From assembly GCA_963817385.1 (NCBI GenBank), contig CAWFOM010000010.1:315344-379343 (forward strand): a stretch of 64,000 nt of DNA, written 5' to 3'. A program made the position numbers and the translations under genes. This document shows positions 12,331-20,963 of this stretch, one piece after another; position 1 is the first letter of the stretch, and each line of letters starts with the position of its first letter. The notes beneath the pieces were generated by a model. It was not told where the DNA came from, made no database searches, and saw nothing but the letters and a program-made list of their open reading frames with translations. This stretch comes from an uncultured delta proteobacterium. Its GTDB lineage: Bacteria > Desulfobacterota > Syntrophia > Syntrophales > UBA5619.

Positions 12331-14425
12331 TTGATGGGCACGGAACTGCTGCTCGAAATCGGAACCGAGGAGATCCCGGCCGCCTTTCTGCCGAAGGCGC
12401 TCACGGATATGGACGAGATCATCCGCAAGGAGCTCGGCGCAAACCGCATCCGCCATGAAGAGATCCGGACATTGGGAACGCCCCGCCGCCTCTTCCTGGC
12501 CGTTGCCGGCGTCGCCGAACGTCAGGACGACCAGGTGATCGAAAAACTGGGCCCTGCGAAAAGGGTTGCCTTCGACGCGGCGGGAAATCCTTCCAAGGCG
12601 GCTCTCGGCTTCTGCCGGGGGCAGGGGCTCGACGTGTCGCAACTGGAGACGGCTCTCACGGATAAGGGAGAGTATCTCTGCGCCAGAAAGAAGATCGCCG
12701 GCGAGGCGACGGAAGGGCTCCTCCCCGCGATCCTGACGAAGCTCATCACCGACATCCCCTTCCGCAAATCGATGCGCTGGTCCGATCTGGAGGTCCGGTT
12801 TGCCCGGCCGATCCACTGGATCCTGGCCCTCTTCGACGGCCGGGTCGTCCCCGTCCGGATCGGAAACATTGAAAGCGGCGCCACCAGCCGCGGTCACCGC
12901 TTCATGAGCCCCGCCTCATTTACCGTCGCCAACCGGGAGGAGTACCTGACGAAAACCCGAGAGCATTTCGTCATCGTCGATCCCGCGGAGAGGAAGAAGA
13001 TCATCCTCGAGGAGACCGACAAGGCGGCGGCGGCCGTCGGGGGCACGGTGCTCCGCCATGAGGCGCTTCTCGAGACCGTCACGTTTCTCACCGAATATCC
13101 GACCGTCGTCTGCGGGAGCTTCGATCGGGAATACCTGCAACTCCCCCGGGAGGTCCTCATCACCACGATGATCTCCCACCAGAAATATTTCCCGGTGTTG
13201 GACGCAACGAGCGGCAATCTCCTGCCCCATTTTCTCACGATCAACAACACCCTCGCCCGCGACCCGGCGGTCGTCAGACGCGGCAATGAGAAGGTGATCC
13301 GCGCCCGTCTGGCCGATGCGCGTTTTTTCTTCGAAGAGGACCGGAAGATACCTCTCGAGAACCGTGTCGAGGGTCTCAAAAAGGTCACCTTCCACACCCT
13401 CCTCGGCAGCTCCTACGAAAAGGTCATGCGTTTTCGGAAGCTCGCCGCCTGGATCGCCGGCCGCATTGAACCGTCTCATAGCCCACGGACCACCTTGGCA
13501 GCACACGTCGACGAGGCGGCACTGCTCGCCAAGGCCGATCTGGATACCCAGATGGTCGGCGAGTTTGCGGAACTGCAGGGGATCATGGGGCGCGAATACG
13601 CGCTTCTCGAAGGCAGAGACCCGATCGTGGCAAAGGCCATCTACGAACATTACCTTCCCACCGGTGCGGGCGGTGAACTTCCCGAATCCGACGAGGGGGC
13701 GATCGTCAGCATCGCCGACAAGATGGATACGATCTGCGGATTCTTCGGCGTCGGCCTGATCCCGACGGGAACAGCCGACCCCTATGCCCTGCGCCGCCAG
13801 GCCCTCGGCATCATCAACATCATCCTGAAGAAACGCTACCCGCTTCCGCTCGACGCCCTGATCGACGAGAGCCTCGCCGTCCTCGGCGGGCTTCTGAATC
13901 GCCCCGCCGATGAGACGAAAGCCGATATCCTGGAGTTCTTCCGGGGCCGGTTTGAAAATCAGCTCCTCTCCCAGGGCCACCCCTACGACGTCGTGGACGC
14001 TGTGCTCGCTACGGGAATCAATGATCTCGTGAAGGCGGAGGCGAAGATCCGGGCGATGGAGGAGTTCAAATCGGATCCCGACTTTGCACCGCTCGCCGTC
14101 GCCTTCAAACGGGTTGTCAACATCATCCGGAACGCGGAAAAAGGTGAGCTCGCCCGCGAGCACTCACTGCACCGAAGAGCAGGAGCTCCACGAGGCCTTC
14201 CTGACAATCCGCCAGATCGTCATGAATCGCTCGGCCGAGGGGGACTATCGGGCCGCACTCATCGCGCTGGCCAAGCTTCGCAAACCCGTAGACGCCTTTT
14301 TCGAGCAGGTCCTGGTCATGGCGGAAGACAGGAAACTCCGCTGCCACCGTCTCGCGCTGCTCGAAGAGATCTCGTCTCTCTTCCACGATTTGGCCGACTT
14401 CTCCAAGATCGTGACCGAATCATAA
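12331..14425 (+). pseudogene. glyS: glycine--tRNA ligase beta subunit, split by a 1-nt insertion near 14170 as sequenced
   Basis: The N-terminal ~613 aa are GlyS-like in the frame of 12331. After ...NAEKGELAREHSL that frame becomes Arg/Pro-rich junk. The +1 frame continues TEEQELHEAFLTIRQ...DFSKIVTES to a stop at 14425. Confidence 0.9.
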
Positions 14426-14620
14426 GACATCCGTGACGCAGCCCCGTTTCTCTCCTTCTCGGAGTCGTGCCATCGCCCCGGAAGGTCTGCCCTATCCTAA
14501 CGGCCAAAGTTCTTATTGAATTTATTTTAAATCTGTTTTAGCCTCTGCCGCTGATGATGCTCATCAATTTCATTGTCGTCTTGCATAATACTCGGCGTCA
14601 TTCACATAACGGAGAACGGA

Positions 14621-16915
14621 ATGATTGATATGATCAAGGACAAAGAGGTCTCGGAACTCGAAGAAAAGCTCCAGTTGCGCAAGGCCCTGGTTGACATCAC
14701 CAACAGGATCCACGCCGCCCAGAATATCAAACAGATTCTCGTCGATCTGAAGGACGGAATACTGAACCTCTTCAGCGCCCACTCCATTACCATCTATGTG
14801 GTCGACCAGCCGCGAAAAGAGATCTATTCCATGTTCCTCAGCGGCACCCAGGTGAAAGAAATCCGGGTGCCGATCAACAACAGGAGTATCGCCGGGTATG
14901 TGGCTAATACCGGCAAAACGGTCACCATCGGCGACGCCTACGATGTCGCCGAACTGAAGTTGATCGACAAGGATTTGGCATTTGATATGAGCTGGGACAA
15001 GAAGTCCGGATTCCGGACCAAACAGGTCCTGGCCGTACCGATCATCCATAACAACACCCTCATGGGTGTCCTCCAGATCCTCAACAAGAAGAGAGGCAAA
15101 GGCAATTTTTCCAATGATGACCGAGGATTTCTCCAAGAGATCTCGGACGTCCTCAGCGTCGCCTTCTTCAACCAGGAGCGGTACGCACGGCGGCGCAAGA
15201 CACGCTTCGATTACCTGATCAGCCACGACCTCATCAAGGAGGAGGAGCTGGACAATGCGTGGGAGGAATCAAGGGAAGCAAAGGAACCCATTGAAGATTA
15301 CCTGATGAAACAGCATGCTATCTCGCGAGAGAACCTTGGCCGCTCCTTCGAGGAGTTCTTCCGCTGCAAATTCATCCCCTTCTCTGATAAAACGCCCATC
15401 CCGAGCGACCTGCTCATCAATCTCAAGAAAGAGTACCTCCGCCGGGAACTCTGGGTTCCGCTGGGAAAGAAGGACGGCATCATCCATGTCATCGTAGATG
15501 ATCCGAAAAACATCCTGAAACGCGACATGATCGAAAACCTCCTGAAAACTAAATCCGTCCGCTATGATGTTTCCCTTCCCGCTGATATCATAAAATATAT
15601 CAACCATTTCTATCATTCTTCCGAGGATGACGCTTCCATCACCGAAATCCTCGGCAAACTCGACGCCGATGATGAGCCGACGGATGAAGACGAAGAGATA
15701 GTCAATGAATCGGACAGTGTGATCATGCAACTCGTCAACAAAATCATCCTTGACGCCCAGACCAAACGCGCCTCCGATATTCACATCGAACCGAACATCG
15801 CAAAAAAGAACGTCGAGGTCCGCTACCGTGTCGACGGCGACTGCGCCATCTATCAGACCCTCCCCTACAGCTACCGTGCGGCGGTCGTCTCCCGCATCAA
15901 GATCATGTCGAACCTCGATATCACCGTCCGGCGTCTTCCGCAGGACGGCAAGATCAAGTTCAAGAAACCGGGCGGCGAGGAGATCGAGCTGCGCGTGGCC
16001 ACCATCCCCACCCAGGGAGGCGTGGAGGATGTCGTGTTGCGGATCCTGGCCAGGAGCGGGAGCACCTTGCCCCTCACCGCCATGGGGATGTCGGTGCGCA
16101 ACTTCCGGGAACTCAAGGTCATCCTGGATAAACCCTACGGGATGATCCTCGTCGTCGGACCCACCGGTTCCGGCAAGACGACCACTCTGCACGCCGCCCT
16201 TCACGAGATCAACAGACCCGATCGAAAGATCTGGACTGCCGAGGACCCCGTGGAAATTACCCAGTACGGACTCCGTCAGGTCCAGGTTCATTCGAAGATC
16301 GGATTCGACTTCGCCGCCGCCATGCGCGCTTTTCTCCGGGCCGACCCGGATATAATCATGGTGGGGGAGATGCGTGACTTTGAAACGGCCAAGATCGGTG
16401 TCGAGGCGTCGCTGACGGGCCATCTCGTCTTGAGCACCCTCCACACCAACAGCGCTCCGGAGACGATCGTCCGCCTCCTCGACATGGGAATCGACCCGCT
16501 CAATTTTGCCGACGCGCTCCTCGGCATCCTCGCCCAACGTCTCGTCCGGACCCTCTGCAAAAAGTGCAAGGAGGCTTACCATCCGAAACGCAGTGAATAC
16601 GACGAGATCATGGAGAGTTATGGAGAGGAGCAATTTCTGAAGCTGGATATCCCCTATGACGACAAGTTCATGCTCTACCGTCCGAAGGGGTGTGAGGCAT
16701 GCGAAAAGTCGGGTTACAGAGGCCGGATGGGTATCCACGAGTTCATCGTCGCCACGGATGGGATCAAGCGATTGATCCAGAAGCACGCGTCCGTAGAGGC
16801 GATGCGGGATTTAGCAATAGAAGAAGGAATGACGACCCTCCTGCAGGACGGCATCAGCAAATCGATCCAAGGGGTCACCGACTTCAAGCAGGTGAGACGG
16901 GTCTGCATCAAATAG
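14621..16915 (+). CDS. GAF-domain-fused GspE/PilB-family secretion ATPase
   Basis: RBS GGAG sits 6 nt before ATG 14621. N-terminal GAF-like region (IAGYVANTGKTVTIGDAYD, LAVPIIHNNTLMGVLQILNKK), T2SSE N-domain, Walker A GPTGSGKTTT, and a C-terminal CKKC...CEAC tetracysteine. Confidence 0.85.
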   Translation: MIDMIKDKEVSELEEKLQLRKALVDITNRIHAAQNIKQILVDLKDGILNLFSAHSITIYVVDQPRKEIYSMFLSGTQVKEIRVPINNRSIAGYVANTGKTVTIGDAYDVAELKLIDKDLAFDMSWDKKSGFRTKQVLAVPIIHNNTLMGVLQILNKKRGKGNFSNDDRGFLQEISDVLSVAFFNQERYARRRKTRFDYLISHDLIKEEELDNAWEESREAKEPIEDYLMKQHAISRENLGRSFEEFFRCKFIPFSDKTPIPSDLLINLKKEYLRRELWVPLGKKDGIIHVIVDDPKNILKRDMIENLLKTKSVRYDVSLPADIIKYINHFYHSSEDDASITEILGKLDADDEPTDEDEEIVNESDSVIMQLVNKIILDAQTKRASDIHIEPNIAKKNVEVRYRVDGDCAIYQTLPYSYRAAVVSRIKIMSNLDITVRRLPQDGKIKFKKPGGEEIELRVATIPTQGGVEDVVLRILARSGSTLPLTAMGMSVRNFRELKVILDKPYGMILVVGPTGSGKTTTLHAALHEINRPDRKIWTAEDPVEITQYGLRQVQVHSKIGFDFAAAMRAFLRADPDIIMVGEMRDFETAKIGVEASLTGHLVLSTLHTNSAPETIVRLLDMGIDPLNFADALLGILAQRLVRTLCKKCKEAYHPKRSEYDEIMESYGEEQFLKLDIPYDDKFMLYRPKGCEACEKSGYRGRMGIHEFIVATDGIKRLIQKHASVEAMRDLAIEEGMTTLLQDGISKSIQGVTDFKQVRRVCIK

Positions 16916-16920
16916 CGACT

Positions 16921-17043
16921 ACGGCTTCGGAAAACGTCCGGATGCTGCGTTGCGCTTCCTCCCTCGTCATTGCTGCGTACGCTGGGGTACGCCTCATTCC
17001 TCGTGACTCGCGCGCCTTGCCTGCAAACGTTTTGCGAAGCCGT
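16921..17043. repeat. palindromic MITE/REP-like intergenic repeat, copy B
   Basis: ACGGCTTCGGAAAACGT ... ACGTTTTGCGAAGCCGT termini, the same GCGTAC/GTACGC core hairpin, and shared blocks GCGTTGCGCTTCC, GTACGCCTCATTCCTC and TCGCGCGCCTTGCCT with copy A. Confidence 0.7.
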
Positions 17044-17079
17044 CTACGATTCACGCCGCATAAAAGTGCGAGGAATGAG

Positions 17080-17268
17080 ATGACTAATACGATAATGGTG
17101 GGTGTAAAGATTCTTTCACATAAAGAGAAATATTGTAATCATTGCTCTCGGAGAGAAGAGGGATGTGACTTCAAACTTGCTACCGAGGCTGACAAATATT
17201 GTAAATCAAAATCAGAAGACAAAGAAATTGAAGCTGATTTTATATGGTGCTATAAGCCCATCGAGTAG
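17080..17268 (+). CDS. hypothetical Cys-rich miniprotein in an AT-rich islet
   Basis: 62 aa, MTNTIMVGVKILSHKEKYCNHCSRREEGCDF...WCYKPIE. AGGA lies 5 nt upstream. Composition is much more AT-rich than the flanks. I recognise no homology. Confidence 0.25.
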   Translation: MTNTIMVGVKILSHKEKYCNHCSRREEGCDFKLATEADKYCKSKSEDKEIEADFIWCYKPIE

Positions 17269-17320
17269 AGCAACTCTCCCAATCCTTCTTTGCTAGAGCT
17301 GCAACAATCACATCGACCGA

Positions 17321-17944
17321 TCAGTTAACCGGTCTCTTCAGGGCCGACGCGATGTCGGCGATGACCTGCGTCGAGAGCTGCGTCATCGCCCGGCTCATGG
17401 CTTCCGCAAAACCGGAAGCTCCCTCCGTTTTAAAAAGCGCCTCGCTCCGGTATGTCTTCTGAAAGACAACGCGCTCAGGCAGTTCCCGCCGCGAGAGGTC
17501 GAGGAGGGTGAGCGTCGCGACCAAAAGGGCTTTCCTGCCCCCTCCTTCCTCTACCTCGAAAAAATCCTCCACCCCCCCTTCCATGATGAAACGGGGCTCC
17601 TCGGCATTGCGAGGGGAAAGCACCGCCCGGAAGATGCCGGCATGACGCAGATCGCGCCGCAGAAGGTCCGCCACCATCTCCGCAGGCGCGACCCTCCAGC
17701 GGTGCTCATGATAGGCATCCAGGCGGAAGGGTCCCTGACGGTAGAGCATGGCCGGACCGGCCAAGAGTCGGTCCGCGGTAAAATGCTCCACCTTGAGCAT
17801 CTCTGGGACTCCGACCCCTCCCGCAGCGTTGGGGGAGGGATATTCGAGAACGTATTGTCGAACCAGCGGGGCCGACCCCGTCGGGCCGAGGCAACCGGTC
17901 AGTCCGATCATAACCAGGATGATCCCGAAGCGTTTCATCATCAC
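17321..17944 (-). CDS. ABC-transport auxiliary lipoprotein (PqiC/YmbA-like)
   Basis: 207 aa. Lipobox LTGC after a signal peptide. Last gene of the Mla/Mce-type operon, overlapping the mlaD stop by 4 nt. Confidence 0.65.
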   Translation of the reverse strand: MMMKRFGIILVMIGLTGCLGPTGSAPLVRQYVLEYPSPNAAGGVGVPEMLKVEHFTADRLLAGPAMLYRQGPFRLDAYHEHRWRVAPAEMVADLLRRDLRHAGIFRAVLSPRNAEEPRFIMEGGVEDFFEVEEGGGRKALLVATLTLLDLSRRELPERVVFQKTYRSEALFKTEGASGFAEAMSRAMTQLSTQVIADIASALKRPVN

Positions 17945-18927
17945 CTCACCTCTCCCCCGCTCTCCCGATCGTCGCGAACAGGCCGGCTGAAGAGCAGATC
18001 CGAGGGATTTTCACGGAGCCGCTCGATCAGCTTCCGGAGACTCTCCACCGCCTGGCGGAATTCATCGATCGTTGTATCGAGATCGGCGGCCATCGTTCTC
18101 GTCCGGCGGTCAAGCCCTTCGATAAGGTTCCTCGCCCTCCCGGCGGTTTCGGCGGCCTGGATCTTTTCCATTTCCGTCGTAACAGCGGCGACGAGTTGCC
18201 TGGTCTCGGCAATCCCCTGCCGGCTCTCCCCGACCCCCTGCCTGGCCTCGCCGATCCCCCGTTCCACCCCCTCGATAATTCCCTCCACCTTCCCCGCGGC
18301 CAGTATGCTCTCGACCCTTTGGAGGCTGCGATCCAGACCGACCGTCGACGAATCGAGGTTTTTCATGATCCGCTTCATCTCCCCACCGGTGAGATAGGTC
18401 TCCACCGCCCGTGACGTCTGCTTGAGCTGGTCGACGACCCCCTTGAGATCCACCTCGGCGATCTGCTCCATTATCCGATCTACGCTGGAGAACACCTGCT
18501 TCGACTGGGAAGGCTGCGAAGGGATGACCGGGTAGAGGGTCTTCATCTCTTTCGGAGGGAGAAAGAGATGAACGCGCTCGGGTCTCCGGTCGAGTTCGAT
18601 AAAGACGATCCCCGTGATACCCGCAGCTTTGAGCTGACTCACCGCGCTGCGTTCGATGTCGGCTTCAAGGTTGATCTTGATCACCACTTCCACCAGCTTC
18701 TGATCGGGGGCGACGCCGATTCGCTGCACGCTCCCGACATCCACCCCGCGGTATTTGACCCGCGAGTCGACCTGCAACCCCTGCACGGATTCGTCAAAAT
18801 AGGTCACGTACCGCGTCCCCTTCTCGAAATACTGCGATGCCCCCAGCCAGATGACAGCAGCGACGCCGATCATGACCCCCCCGATGACAAAAAGACCGGT
18901 CATGAATCTCGCCTGTCGATTCGCCAT
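17941..18927 (-). CDS. mlaD: MlaD/Mce-family substrate-binding protein
   Basis: 328 aa. N-terminal TM helix, Mce domain (FDESVQGLQVDSRVKYRGVDVGSV), long coiled C-terminus. Confidence 0.8.
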   Translation of the reverse strand: MANRQARFMTGLFVIGGVMIGVAAVIWLGASQYFEKGTRYVTYFDESVQGLQVDSRVKYRGVDVGSVQRIGVAPDQKLVEVVIKINLEADIERSAVSQLKAAGITGIVFIELDRRPERVHLFLPPKEMKTLYPVIPSQPSQSKQVFSSVDRIMEQIAEVDLKGVVDQLKQTSRAVETYLTGGEMKRIMKNLDSSTVGLDRSLQRVESILAAGKVEGIIEGVERGIGEARQGVGESRQGIAETRQLVAAVTTEMEKIQAAETAGRARNLIEGLDRRTRTMAADLDTTIDEFRQAVESLRKLIERLRENPSDLLFSRPVRDDRESGGEVR

Positions 18928-19698
18928 TTACCCCCCCTTTCCCCCTTCTTCCCGAAAGAGAAATCGCCGGATCCGCGGGTCTTTCGCCGAGAGGCGGAGT
19001 TCCTCCGGGGCGCCCGCCGCGATGATCCCCTTTTCCTCCCGATCGAGCATGATGACCCGATCGGCGACACGCAGCACCAGCTCAACCTGGTGGCTCACGA
19101 TGACCATCGTCGTGCCGAGACCCGCGTTGATCCCCTTGATCAGCGTCTCCAACTCCGCCGCGTTGATCGGATCGAGACCCGCCGAAGGCTCGTCAAAAAA
19201 GAGGACCCCCGGGTCAAGCGCCATCGCCCTGGCTAGTCCGCCCCGCTTCCGCATCCCCCCCGACAGCTCTGTCGGGTAGTGGTTCTCATACCCCGCGAGG
19301 TTGACCATCGCGAGTTTCATCCGTATGATGAATTTCCTCGTCTCGGGGGAGATCCCGTTTACGGAACCGAGCGGTAAGGCAACATTCTCCCCAAGGGTCA
19401 TGGATCCGAGGAGGGCGTCTGACTGGAAGAGGACGCCGATCTCTTTCCTGATCCGATTGAGCTCCTCGTCGTCGGCGGCGGCGATATCGGTTTTGCCGAT
19501 AATCACCCGGCCGGCGGCCGGCCGGATGAGGCCGATCATGTGCTTGAGAAGCGTGGATTTGCCGCAACCGCTCCCCCCGATGATGCAGAGGATCTCCCCG
19601 CCAAACACCTCCAGACTGACGTTTTCCAGAACGGTCGTTTCTCCGAAGTTTGCCGTCAGCCCTTCCACGGTGATGACCGGTTCACCCGCTTTGCTCAC
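18928..19698 (-). CDS. mlaF: ABC transporter ATP-binding protein (MlaF-like)
   Basis: Walker A GGSGCGKST, signature LSGGMRKR, Walker B LFFDEP. Confidence 0.85.
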   Translation of the reverse strand: MSKAGEPVITVEGLTANFGETTVLENVSLEVFGGEILCIIGGSGCGKSTLLKHMIGLIRPAAGRVIIGKTDIAAADDEELNRIRKEIGVLFQSDALLGSMTLGENVALPLGSVNGISPETRKFIIRMKLAMVNLAGYENHYPTELSGGMRKRGGLARAMALDPGVLFFDEPSAGLDPINAAELETLIKGINAGLGTTMVIVSHQVELVLRVADRVIMLDREEKGIIAAGAPEELRLSAKDPRIRRFLFREEGGKGG

Positions 19699-19730
19699 TG
19701 GTATTCTCCCTCTCCCGTTTCATCCCTTCC

Positions 19731-20876
19731 TCAACCCACGTAATGCAGGACGACCGCGAACGCCGAGTCCACGATCACGATCAGTAGAATGGAGGTGACA
19801 ACCGCCGAGGTGGTCGCCGCGCCCACCTCCTCGACGTCTCCCCGTACCTGAAACCCGCGCTGGCAGCCTATCCACGCGATGACAAAGGCAAAGACCGCCG
19901 CTTTGACAAGGCCGGAAACCAGGTCGGATGCGGAGATGGCCCGTTGACTCTCCAGGAGATACGTATAGGGGGTCAGATCGAGCCCCGTTACCCCGACGAT
20001 CATCCCGCCCGCAATCCCGAAGAGATCGGCATACAGGGTGAGCAGGGGCAGGACCAGCACCGTGGCGATAAGCTTGGGAACGGCGAGAAAACGGATCGGG
20101 TCGAACCCCATGGTCGCGAGGGCATCCACTTCGTCATGGACCACCATGCTCCCGATCTCCGCGGCGTAGGCCGATGCGGAACGGCCGGCCACCAGGATGG
20201 CGGTCATGATTGGCCCCAGTTCGCGAACAATGGCCACCGCCACGAGCGATGCGACGTAGATATTTGCCCCGAACTGCTTGAGCTGGAGGGAGGACATGAA
20301 CGCAATGATCAACCCGATGAGGAGGCTTATCAGTCCGACGATGGGCAGCCCTTCCGCCCCCGCCCGCCGCATGGAGAAGAGGACATCGCCCCAGCGGACG
20401 TCACGGGGATGGCCGATAAGATGGGCCAAAGCCGCTACGAGATCTCCCAGAAACGTCATCATTGCCGAGAAATCCCCGGCAATCCGGAAGCCGGCGTCTC
20501 CCATCGCCTCGATAACGCCCCCGGACGCCCCTTCCGTGCGGAGCGGCGGCCGGGCCAGCCCTTCGCGGTCGATCAGACCCATGAGCCGATGGATCTCGGG
20601 AGAAACATGGAGGTACGAGTGGGTGCGGCCCATCCGGAGGACCTTCTCTTCCAGCCGGAAAAGGGTGAGGAGACCCGCACTGTCCATATAGGAAAGCCCG
20701 GCCAGGTCGACCGTGACGGCCGCGGTCCTCCGGTCATCCAAGAAGGCTTCCATTTCGGCGAGCAGCCGATCCGCATCGGCCAGGGATACCCGCCCGGAGA
20801 GGGAAATAACCATCTCTGCTTCGTTTTCCGATTGCACCTGGAGGGTGTAACGGCTCTGTGATGCTGTCATTTGCAT
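19731..20876 (-). CDS. mlaE: MlaE-family permease with N-terminal STAS domain
   Basis: 381 aa. The first ~100 aa look STAS/anti-sigma-antagonist-like (VTVDLAGLSYMDSAGLLTLF). The rest is the MlaE permease core. Confidence 0.8.
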   Translation of the reverse strand: MQMTASQSRYTLQVQSENEAEMVISLSGRVSLADADRLLAEMEAFLDDRRTAAVTVDLAGLSYMDSAGLLTLFRLEEKVLRMGRTHSYLHVSPEIHRLMGLIDREGLARPPLRTEGASGGVIEAMGDAGFRIAGDFSAMMTFLGDLVAALAHLIGHPRDVRWGDVLFSMRRAGAEGLPIVGLISLLIGLIIAFMSSLQLKQFGANIYVASLVAVAIVRELGPIMTAILVAGRSASAYAAEIGSMVVHDEVDALATMGFDPIRFLAVPKLIATVLVLPLLTLYADLFGIAGGMIVGVTGLDLTPYTYLLESQRAISASDLVSGLVKAAVFAFVIAWIGCQRGFQVRGDVEEVGAATTSAVVTSILLIVIVDSAFAVVLHYVG

Positions 20877-20963
20877 GGAGATATCGATCCCCCGGTAAAG
20901 AAATTGCTCCCCTTCCCCAACGGACGTTCGCGCCGACGCCTCCGAGGGGATTCGGCAGGCTTT

